Below are positions 25,322 to 34,451 of a stretch of DNA of 53,176 nt, piece after piece. Made by a program: the position numbers and the translations under genes. The DNA lies in NCBI GenBank assembly GCA_021442665.1, contig JABUSQ010000026.1:1-53176 (forward strand), given 5' to 3'. The first letter of the stretch is position 1. Each line of letters starts with the position of its first letter. Below the pieces are notes generated by a model. It was not told the origin of the DNA. It worked only from the letters and a program-made list of their open reading frames with translations, and did no database searches. This DNA is from Oscillospiraceae bacterium (GTDB lineage: Bacteria > Bacillota > Clostridia > Oscillospirales > Oscillospiraceae).

Positions 25322-25468
25322 GGTCAGTATTCCTTTCGACAACTTAATTTTGCTTTAACTTAACTTATATAAGCTTAATATAAAGCAACGTTTGTAAATT
25401 GTCAACATTCATTTCCAAAATTACGGTTTTTCGGCTAAATTCATATTTTTACTAACCTCACTTTGTGC

Positions 25469-25487
25469 ATTGTGACACAATTGTCAA
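25469..25487. promoter_or_regulatory. Candidate operator: 13-bp dyad ATTGTG-A-CACAAT overlapping an AATTGTCAA repeat
   Basis: Perfect 6-1-6 palindrome at 25469-25481. AATTGTCAA at 25479-25487 is repeated at 25397-25405. It lies in the divergent region between the LacI gene and the catabolic operon. Confidence 0.35.
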
Positions 25488-25580
25488 TGGATGTTTTTAA
25501 ATTCGCGGCATAGTAGACTTGATTATTAGCTTAAATAATGATATAGTTAAGCTGAATTTAGCGTTAAGGATAGGTGTTCT

Positions 25581-26597
25581 ATGGCAACAATACAAGATAT
25601 TGCTGAAAAATGCGATGTTTCGTCTGCGACGGTTTCTTATGTTCTGAACGGGCGCAGCGAAGAAATGCGTATTTCAAAAGCTAAGCAGGCTCAGATATTG
25701 GATACAGCGGCACTGCTGGGATATAAATCAAAAAGAAAAGCAAAGATTGAGTCCGATTCAAAACGCATTCCTTCTATTGCTATTTTTTGGCGCAGTGAGA
25801 ACTACGATATGGTCGTTCCTTCAGTTGTAAAGGGTATCAACAGAGTTCTTGCTACAGAGGCGTCGAAGGTAAATGTGGTCATCAGGCCTTATGAGGTTGG
25901 TCACATATTTGACTCTGACATCTATCTTTACAGCAACCAGTTCGATGCGGCGGTTCTTACAGGTCTCAACCAGGCAGACCTTGATTATATACAAAGAAAC
26001 AGACCGTCAACTCCCACAGTTCTGGTAAACAGAAGCCTCAGTGGTTTTTCTGATGTTTCAATAGACAGCCGGGAAGTTGGACGTTTGGCTGCTGTGCATG
26101 CATTGGGAGTAAGTGACGACGTTGCATTGGTAATGAATCCGTCTTCCCTGTCGAGTATGAAGAGTCAGGGGAACGCTTTCATTCAAACTTGCAGGGATAA
26201 CGGGATTGATATATCAGAAAACATATACTATTGTGATAACAAAATCGGAAGTGCTTATGCTCTTGCACAGGACTTAATAAAGCGGGATGCAATACACAAG
26301 GTGTTTTACTGCAGCTACGATATGGTGGCGTTGGGGATGATAAATGCATTCATGGCAGCCGGACTGGATGTTGGGAAAGAGGTCCACGTTCTTGCAGCAA
26401 GTAACGGCCCGAGCGATCTGTTTTTATACTCCAATCCGTCAATAACCGTTATCAATCAGAAGATGGCTGAAATTACAGAGAGAAGCCTCCGCATGGCTCT
26501 CGATATTGTTACGAATAAGATTTCCGATGAACGTCATCAGCTTGTTTATCCCGTTATAAGCTACGGGAAGTCAAGCCCTGCGAACTATCATATGTAA
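25581..26597 (+). CDS. LacI/GalR-family transcriptional regulator
   Basis: 338 aa. N-terminal HTH ATIQDIAEKCDVSSATVSYVLNG followed by a periplasmic-binding-protein-like effector domain. It is divergent from the catabolic operon. Confidence 0.85.
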   Translation: MATIQDIAEKCDVSSATVSYVLNGRSEEMRISKAKQAQILDTAALLGYKSKRKAKIESDSKRIPSIAIFWRSENYDMVVPSVVKGINRVLATEASKVNVVIRPYEVGHIFDSDIYLYSNQFDAAVLTGLNQADLDYIQRNRPSTPTVLVNRSLSGFSDVSIDSREVGRLAAVHALGVSDDVALVMNPSSLSSMKSQGNAFIQTCRDNGIDISENIYYCDNKIGSAYALAQDLIKRDAIHKVFYCSYDMVALGMINAFMAAGLDVGKEVHVLAASNGPSDLFLYSNPSITVINQKMAEITERSLRMALDIVTNKISDERHQLVYPVISYGKSSPANYHM

Positions 26598-26660
26598 AAG
26601 GTCTTGCCATCCTGCTGAAATACAAAAAATCTCATTGCAAATCTGATGGAGGCTCCAAAA

Positions 26661-26686
26661 TAAAAACCGGGGACGAAAATCCCCGA
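26661..26686 (-). terminator. Intrinsic terminator (minus-strand orientation)
   Basis: Stem cgggga / tccccg with loop cgaaaa. The minus-strand reading is followed by GTTTTTATTTT. Confidence 0.5.
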
Positions 26687-26890
26687 TTACATTTTACGCG
26701 TATTTGACTTTCTTGATCGGTGATTTCTGCCCCACCGTTTACCAAGACATCCGTCACACCATTTCAAACCAATCAGTGGCTTTTAGAAGCTGCGAAATAC
26801 ATCGCTTTCGGCAGCCTGAATAATTTCTACTTGAATTTGTCGTCTAACTTTTTGGGGTAACTTCAGCATGAAGTGACCCGGTTTTCCGCT

Positions 26891-27274
26891 TTAGATTTCA
26901 ACAGCTTTTCCATAATTTCCGAAATGCGCCTTTATCGCCTCAAAGGTTTTGTCAGAGATGACGTGCTCTATGCGGCAGGCGTCCCCCACGGCGGTTTTTT
27001 CGTCCACACCGATAGCCCTCAGCAATGCCGCAAGGACACGGTGGCGCTCGTATATCTTCTCCGCCACGGAAAGACCCGCTTCAGTCAGAAGGAGCCTTCC
27101 CCTTTCATCTGCTTCCACATACCCGCCCTGACGCAGGACTCCGAGAGCTCTGCTGACACTGGGCTTTGAAAAGCCCATGTACTCGCCCACGTCGATGGCA
27201 CGGACGGCGGCGGAGCTCTGTGAAAGCACATATATAGTTTCAAGGTACATTTCGCCGGATTCCTGTAAGTTCAT
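26891..27274 (-). CDS. DtxR/MntR-family metal-dependent transcriptional regulator (short form)
   Basis: 127 aa. EMYLETIYVL...AIDVGEYMGFSKPSVSRALGVLRQGGYV, then ERHRVLAALL...ACRIEHV. GGAG RBS. Confidence 0.8.
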   Translation of the reverse strand: MNLQESGEMYLETIYVLSQSSAAVRAIDVGEYMGFSKPSVSRALGVLRQGGYVEADERGRLLLTEAGLSVAEKIYERHRVLAALLRAIGVDEKTAVGDACRIEHVISDKTFEAIKAHFGNYGKAVEI

Positions 27275-27298
27275 ATTTAAAGCTCCTGTTAATTTTAA

Positions 27299-27958
27299 TT
27301 AACCAGCGGCGTGAAGAATAAAGCCGCATACTATGAGAAATTCTGCTGCGATGTAGGTCAGCATGACAGGGAAATGGCTTTTGAATACGGTGTCCTGCTT
27401 GAATCGGACATAGAACAGCATACTGTCCGAGACGAAAAACAGCAGTGCGCCGATAAAGGTGATTAAAGCTGCGGTGTTTGCCTGACTTATCAGCTGATAC
27501 AGCGCAAAGCAGTTCATCGCGCCGTTTACTAACAGGTATCCGAGCATGGAATAGAAGAGAATCCCGGAAAGACTGTCCTTAAGACCCCTGAATACCAGCA
27601 GAGACACGGTAAAATAAAATACGGCGCATAGCACCACCGCCCAGAGTGGGATCACAGAGAAATCCACAAAACTGACATAGGCACTGATGAAGCAGATGTG
27701 GGAAACCGTGAAACTGAAGCCTCCGAGAGCAAAGCATTTGGAACTCTTGAGAACGAGCAGAACATCGCCAATCCAGCTTGCGAGGAGGGCGGCAATGACG
27801 AGCCCCAGGGGTTCGGGGCAGACCGTGCAGTACCAGCCCAGCAGAGAAGGCAGGAGAAACGGCTTTGTGACGGTACGGAGCAAGTTGTTTTGCTTCAGGC
27901 TTGCGTACAGGTGGACAAGGGCAGAGACCACGAATACAGCCGGAAAGAAAAATATCAT
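27299..27958 (-). CDS. YhhN-family membrane protein (lysoplasmalogenase family)
   Basis: 219 aa, about 7-8 TM segments. TKPFLLPSLL and GDVLL motifs are typical of YhhN proteins. GGGAG RBS. Confidence 0.65.
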   Translation of the reverse strand: MIFFFPAVFVVSALVHLYASLKQNNLLRTVTKPFLLPSLLGWYCTVCPEPLGLVIAALLASWIGDVLLVLKSSKCFALGGFSFTVSHICFISAYVSFVDFSVIPLWAVVLCAVFYFTVSLLVFRGLKDSLSGILFYSMLGYLLVNGAMNCFALYQLISQANTAALITFIGALLFFVSDSMLFYVRFKQDTVFKSHFPVMLTYIAAEFLIVCGFILHAAG

Positions 27959-28069
27959 AAATTGAACTCCCTGTTTAGTTGTTAAATAGATTTTAACATA
28001 TTAAACCATACATTTCAATCTTTTTTCGCCTTAAAAAGCGAGTATGTACGGAAAAACGGGGAACGGCTT

Positions 28070-28096
28070 AAAAGAGTCTGCGGAGCAGACTCTTTT
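28070..28096 (-). terminator. Intrinsic terminator after the PfkB-family kinase gene
   Basis: Stem aaaagagtctgc / gcagactctttt with a 3-nt loop. It lies 5 nt beyond the stop at 28101. Confidence 0.6.
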
Positions 28097-28100
28097 AAAT

Positions 28101-28988
28101 TCACATGAGTATTTTGGGGCTGAGACGGGTGTTGACGGTCTCTTCGCATTGGCTCACAAGAGCGGCAGCTCTGGTGGCGGCATCGGCTGTTTCAGCCAGA
28201 GACAGGCCCTGCACGCCCGACCAGACAATGGCAGAGATGGCGGCGTCGCCGCAGCCCGTGGTGTTGACGACGTTGGTTTTCATGCAGGGCAGCTTTACGA
28301 TCTCGCCGTCCTCGACGGCAAGCAGGCCCTCGCTGCCCAGAGTGACGAACACCCGTTTAACGCCCTTTCTCAACAGAGCCTCCGCGGCTAACAGAGCGGA
28401 TCTTTCTCCAGTTATGCCCAGAGCCTCAATCTCATTGGGCTTGAGGGCGGTTAGCCTGTCTATGATAGGCAGCAGTCTGTGAGCCTTGGCACGGGACACG
28501 GTATCCGCATACAGAGGGACGGTGACGTTTGCACCTATCCATTTAAGTGCCTCCTCGGAGAGATTGGCCTCCACGACTACGGCGTCGGCGGAGTTGAGCT
28601 CATCCTTCAGCAGAGTGAGGTACTCGGGGCTGATGTACGCAGCGATATCGGAATCGCAGGCGGCGAGGAGCATTTCGCCCTTTTCGTCGGTGATGTACAT
28701 ATAGGTGGAGGTCTTTCCACCCTTCACACGCCGGGCGAGACTCATATCAATGCCCAGCTCCTTGCAGCTTCTCATGACGCCGGCGCCGAAGTCGTCATCA
28801 CCGACGGCGGTGACGAGCTTCACGTTCAGATCCAGCAGACGAAGGTTGTGAGCGATGTTTCTTCCGACACCGCCGGGGACTGTGGTGACGGCAGCGGGAT
28901 TTGAATCCTTCATGGCGGGAGCCTTGAAGGGACGTCCGCAGATGTCCATGTTCACGGCTCCGACAACGATTACGGTTTTATTTTCCAT
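28101..28988 (-). CDS. PfkB-family carbohydrate/nucleoside kinase
   Basis: 295 aa. VVGAVNMDI, GGVGRNIA and the C-terminal NTTGCGDA motif. It overlaps the glgP 3' end by 19 nt. Confidence 0.8.
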   Translation of the reverse strand: MENKTVIVVGAVNMDICGRPFKAPAMKDSNPAAVTTVPGGVGRNIAHNLRLLDLNVKLVTAVGDDDFGAGVMRSCKELGIDMSLARRVKGGKTSTYMYITDEKGEMLLAACDSDIAAYISPEYLTLLKDELNSADAVVVEANLSEEALKWIGANVTVPLYADTVSRAKAHRLLPIIDRLTALKPNEIEALGITGERSALLAAEALLRKGVKRVFVTLGSEGLLAVEDGEIVKLPCMKTNVVNTTGCGDAAISAIVWSGVQGLSLAETADAATRAAALVSQCEETVNTRLSPKILM

Positions 28989-31375
28989 ATATTATCGGCG
29001 TATTCCCTGACGGCACGGTCGGCGGCGAAGATTCCGCTCTGAGCAGTGTTCACCAGAGAGAGGCGGGCAAGCTCCGCGTCGTCAGAGATGACGGAATAGA
29101 GCCTGTCGTGGGTGAGAACGTAATCACGGTAGTCGGCGATGAGCATATAAGGGTCGCCCTTGTAGAGCAGGTCGGAGACAAGGTCGGAGTAGCTCTTGCC
29201 GTCAGAGAAGCCGGCGGAGAAGCGGTTCAGCACCTCCGTGAGCTCCGGGTCGCTGCGGGACATGGCAAGAGGATCGTAGCCGTTTTGCTTGAGGGCTATG
29301 ACCTCCTCCGCACGGAGACCGAAGAGGAACATGTTTCTGTCTCCAAGACGCTCGTACATCTCAACGTTTGCGCCGTCCAGCGTGCCGATGGTGACGGCTC
29401 CGTTGAGCATGAGCTTCATGTTGCCGGTACCGGAGGCCTCCTTGCCTGCAGTGGATATCTGCTGGGAGATCTGAGCGGCGGGCATGAGAGCCTCTGCGGC
29501 GGACACACGGTAGTTTTCGAGGAAATATACCTGCAGCTTACCCTTGCACAGAGGATCGTTGTTGACGTCCTTTGCCAGAGAGCAGATGAGCTCTATTATC
29601 CGTTTGGCGGTGCGGTAGCCGGCGGCTGCCTTTGCGCCGAAGACGAAGGTGCGGGGCTTGAACTCCGCATTGGGGTAGCAGTGGATAAACATCTGCAGAC
29701 GGGTTATGAGCATGGCGCAGAGAAGCTGACGCTTATACTCGTGCAGACGCTTCACCTGAACATCCACGATGGCGTCGGTGTTGAGCATGAAGCCGTCGTT
29801 TTTCATAGCGAAGTCCGCAAAATCCTCTTTATTGAGCTGCTTTATCGCCAGAACCACCTTCTGAACATCGGATTCCTCGGAGAAATCCGCCAGTTTTATG
29901 AGCTCCTCGGGGCGGGTGAGGAAGTCCTCGCTGCCCAGCAGCTCTGCAGTGAGAGAGTGGAGACGGGGGTTTATCTGAGACAGCCATCGGCGGTGGTCGA
30001 TGCCGTTCGTAACATAGGTAAAGCGCTCGGGACGCAGCTCATTGATGTCCCGGAACAGGTCGTTTTTCAGAATCTCGCCGTGGAGACCGGAGACGCCGTT
30101 GACCTTGTAACAGGCGGCAAGACATAGATTTGCCATGTGGACCTGACCGCCCCTGATTATAAGGTTGCGGCCGACCTTTTCGGTGTTGCCGAAGCAGTCC
30201 ACCAGATAATCGCACCAGCGGCGGTTTATCTCACAGAGAATCTCCCACACTCTGGGGAGAAGCTGCTGAACAAGCTCCTGAGGCCATTTTTCCAGTGCCT
30301 CGCTCATGACGGTGTGGTTTGTATATGCCACTGCCCCGGTGACTACGCTCCATGCCTCGTCCCAGCCGAGACCGTGCTCGTCCATGAATATGCGCATGAG
30401 CTCGGGGATGACGAGGGTGGGATGAGTATCGTTTATCTGAATAACATGGTGCTCGGCAAAGCTCGAAATATCTCCGTACTCGGCGATGTGCTTTTTGACG
30501 ATGGTCTGCACCGTGGCGGAAACGAAGAAATACTGCTGCTTGAGGCGCAGAGTCTTACCCTCAATGTGGTCGTCGGCGGGGTAAAGCACCTTGGTAATGA
30601 CCTCGCTCATGGTGCGCTGCTCCATGCTTTTGACATATTCGCCCTCGGAGAAGAGGTACATATCAAGGGCGCTGGTGCTGCGGGCGTCCCAGAGCCTCAG
30701 AGTATTTACGGTCTTTCCGCCGAAGCCGGCAATGAGCATATCTCTGGGTACGGCGGTGACGGTGGTGTAGCCCGTGTGCTCAGCGTGGTAGCGTCCGAAA
30801 TAGTCCCAACGGGGAGTTATCTGACCGCCGAAGCGGATTTCCACGGCGTCCTCGTTGCGGGGGATAAGCCAGCTTTCGGAGCTTTTGCGCCAGTCGTCCG
30901 CAAGCTCTGTCTGCCTGCCGTCCTGAAATTTCTGACGGAAGATGCCCAACTCGTAACAGATGGAATAGCCTGTTGCAGGAATACCCAGAGACGCCATGCT
31001 GTCCATGTAGCAGGCGGCGAGACGGCCCAGACCGCCGTTGCCGAGACCCGCGTCGTTCTCCGCCTCGAAGATGTCTGAGGCGTTGCGCCCCATGTCCTCC
31101 AATGCTCCGGTGAGAGCATCGGAAATGCCGAGGTTGAAGGCGTTTTTCATGAGGCTTCTGCCCATGAGGAATTCCATGGACATATAGTGCACCTCACGGC
31201 GGTCGTGACGGGGAGCCTCCGCTGCCATCAGTCGGCTCATTATCTCACGAATGACCATGGCGCCGGCCTGAAATACCTGGTCGTCGGTGGCTTTTTCGCT
31301 TGTTATGCCGAAGTGGGCGCAGAGCTTATCCTCTATTGCGCTGCGGACTTCGTCACGGGAGATTTCACTTCTCAT
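28970..31375 (-). CDS. glgP: Glycogen/alpha-glucan phosphorylase
   Basis: 801 aa. Pyridoxal-phosphate Lys motif EASGTGNMKLMLNGA. GLGNGGLGRLAAC near the N-terminus. Confidence 0.9.
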   Translation of the reverse strand: MRSEISRDEVRSAIEDKLCAHFGITSEKATDDQVFQAGAMVIREIMSRLMAAEAPRHDRREVHYMSMEFLMGRSLMKNAFNLGISDALTGALEDMGRNASDIFEAENDAGLGNGGLGRLAACYMDSMASLGIPATGYSICYELGIFRQKFQDGRQTELADDWRKSSESWLIPRNEDAVEIRFGGQITPRWDYFGRYHAEHTGYTTVTAVPRDMLIAGFGGKTVNTLRLWDARSTSALDMYLFSEGEYVKSMEQRTMSEVITKVLYPADDHIEGKTLRLKQQYFFVSATVQTIVKKHIAEYGDISSFAEHHVIQINDTHPTLVIPELMRIFMDEHGLGWDEAWSVVTGAVAYTNHTVMSEALEKWPQELVQQLLPRVWEILCEINRRWCDYLVDCFGNTEKVGRNLIIRGGQVHMANLCLAACYKVNGVSGLHGEILKNDLFRDINELRPERFTYVTNGIDHRRWLSQINPRLHSLTAELLGSEDFLTRPEELIKLADFSEESDVQKVVLAIKQLNKEDFADFAMKNDGFMLNTDAIVDVQVKRLHEYKRQLLCAMLITRLQMFIHCYPNAEFKPRTFVFGAKAAAGYRTAKRIIELICSLAKDVNNDPLCKGKLQVYFLENYRVSAAEALMPAAQISQQISTAGKEASGTGNMKLMLNGAVTIGTLDGANVEMYERLGDRNMFLFGLRAEEVIALKQNGYDPLAMSRSDPELTEVLNRFSAGFSDGKSYSDLVSDLLYKGDPYMLIADYRDYVLTHDRLYSVISDDAELARLSLVNTAQSGIFAADRAVREYADNIWKIKP

Positions 31376-31396
31376 ACAATATACCTTTCGGGATAA

Positions 31397-32509
31397 TCAG
31401 ATTTTGCTGAATTTAGGCACCACAAGAGGCAAAGCGGGAGAGCCTGCAAGGGTCTGATCCGCACCGATGGTGACGTATTTGTCCACGATGCAGTTTGTCA
31501 GACAGACGTTCTCGCCTATCTCGCAGCCTCGCATGAGGATGCAGTTTTTAAGCTTTGCGCCCTTGCCTATACGCACGCCGGAGAAGATAACGGAGTTTAT
31601 TACCTCTCCTTCAACCATGCAGCCGTCGGAAATGAGGCTGTTTCTGGATACGGCGCTCTCGCTGTAATAGGTGCTCACATCCTCGTGGCTCTTGGTGCGC
31701 ACGGGTCTCTCCACGGGGAAGAGGTCGGCACGAACCTCGGGGCGTAGGCTTTCCATGCTGCTGCGGAAGTAACTTTCCGTGCTCATGATACGCTTGGCGT
31801 AGCCGTTATGCATGTAGATATTCACCCTACCGCCGCCTTCAAGATAATTTGCGATGGCGTCACGATGGAAGTGATGTTTATTTTCGGTGTAGCAGTAATC
31901 CATGAGCTTCAGCAGCAGCTCCTTGGATACTATGTATGCCTCCAGAGAGGCGATGCCCTCGCCCGCCTCATAGCGGTTGAATACCATCCTGCGGGCAAAG
32001 CCGTCCGCGTCGGGAACGAAGCGGTGGTGACGGTATTCGGGAGTGGTGTCGGTGCAGATGGCTGTAAGCTCTGCCTCGCTCTTCTTGTGGTTTCTGAGAG
32101 CGGCCTCAAGGTCGATGTTTCCGGCAAGGTTGCCCTGCATCATGACCACGGTGTCTTCTTTTATGTCTTCAATGTAGGTCCTTACACCGTTCAATGCCTC
32201 CATTGTACCGCTGTAGTTGCCGTTGTGATATTCGGGCAAACCGAAGGGGGGAAGCATTCTCAGACCGCCCATTCTTCTGCCCATATCCCAATCCTTGCCG
32301 CTGCCCAGATGATCCAGCAGGGACTGGTAATCTCTCTGCATGATGACGCCCACATTGTGAATGCCTGCGTTCATGAGGGAGGAGAGCGCAAAGTCGATGA
32401 GTCTGTATCTGCCGCAGTAGGGGATGGAGGCGGCGGTACGGTTGCGAACCAGCTCGGTGAGATTGGGGGTTGCGCCGTAGGCGTAGATTATTCCGTGAAC
32501 ATTGACCAT
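31397..32509 (-). CDS. glgD: Glucose-1-phosphate adenylyltransferase regulatory subunit GlgD
   Basis: 370 aa, paralogous to GlgC but lacking the GGxGxRL motif. Contains GRYRLIDFALSSLMNAG. It lies directly downstream of glgC, as in Firmicutes. Confidence 0.85.
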   Translation of the reverse strand: MVNVHGIIYAYGATPNLTELVRNRTAASIPYCGRYRLIDFALSSLMNAGIHNVGVIMQRDYQSLLDHLGSGKDWDMGRRMGGLRMLPPFGLPEYHNGNYSGTMEALNGVRTYIEDIKEDTVVMMQGNLAGNIDLEAALRNHKKSEAELTAICTDTTPEYRHHRFVPDADGFARRMVFNRYEAGEGIASLEAYIVSKELLLKLMDYCYTENKHHFHRDAIANYLEGGGRVNIYMHNGYAKRIMSTESYFRSSMESLRPEVRADLFPVERPVRTKSHEDVSTYYSESAVSRNSLISDGCMVEGEVINSVIFSGVRIGKGAKLKNCILMRGCEIGENVCLTNCIVDKYVTIGADQTLAGSPALPLVVPKFSKI

Positions 32510-32513
32510 TTGC

Positions 32514-33707
<1,194 letters not shown>

Positions 33708-33786
33708 GTGTTCATCATCCTTTCAAGCAGCCGTTTGCCGGCAGATTAGATTGCGCAAACGGCGGAGGCAGAAATTTCCTCCACCG

Positions 33787-34386
33787 TCAGTTCCGGTTAT
33801 ATATATTCATGGCCCTGTCAGCACCCTCGGTTATATAGCACTGCACGGCCTTGCTAACGCGTTCAGCCAGTTCCTCCATGTCGGCGGCATCCTGATTCTT
33901 AAAGGTGCTCATCACCCAGTCCGCCATGTCATAGTCGGGGTGAGGCGCGCTGCCCACACCCATACGTATACGGGGGAAGGTCTCCGTTCCCAGATGGAGT
34001 ATGATATTCTTCAGCCCGTTGTGACCGCCGGCGGAGCCGCTTTTGCGTATGCGCAGCTTACCTATGGGCAGAGCCACCTCGTCGGAGACGACGATGATGT
34101 GCTCGGGGCTGACTCTGTAGAATTTTGCGGCCTGAATGACCGCCTCGCCGGAGAGATTCATGAAGGTCTGAGGCTTCATGAGCAGGACCTTTTCGCCGCC
34201 CACGGTGACAGTGGCGGTGAGCGCCTTGAAGCGAAGCCGGTTTACGGAGATTCCGAACTCCTTCTCCATGGCGTCACAGGCCATGAAGCCGGCATTGTGC
34301 CGTGTTCCGTTAAATCTCAAGCCGGGGTTGCCAAGGAAGACGACTATCCATGATACGCAGCCTCCGCTGCGGAGTTTATCAAACAT
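33787..34386 (-). CDS. pth: Peptidyl-tRNA hydrolase
   Basis: 199 aa. VVFLGNPGLRFNGTRHNAGF and GSAGGHNGLKNI motifs. Confidence 0.9.
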   Translation of the reverse strand: MFDKLRSGGCVSWIVVFLGNPGLRFNGTRHNAGFMACDAMEKEFGISVNRLRFKALTATVTVGGEKVLLMKPQTFMNLSGEAVIQAAKFYRVSPEHIIVVSDEVALPIGKLRIRKSGSAGGHNGLKNIILHLGTETFPRIRMGVGSAPHPDYDMADWVMSTFKNQDAADMEELAERVSKAVQCYITEGADRAMNIYNRN

Positions 34387-34451
34387 GATTACTTTGTCAA
34401 TACCTCGTTGCTGCTGCAGGGCAGCTGTTAACTGCCCTGCCCGGAATCAGA

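Noticed and set aside
26783-26869. 28-codon minus-strand ORF (MLKLPQKVRRQIQVEIIQAAESDVFRSF) downstream of dtxR.
   Set aside because: It has no RBS and is followed by further out-of-frame fragments. I treated it as part of a possible decayed remnant (see findings) and did not call it a gene.
34416-34440. 9-bp hairpin gcagggcag-ctgttaa-ctgccctgc between prs and pth, and a weaker GGAGG/CCTCC hairpin at about 33755-33780 between pth and glgC.
   Set aside because: On the coding (minus) strand neither is followed by a U-tract. I did not call them terminators. They may be processing or stabilising elements, but the evidence is too thin.
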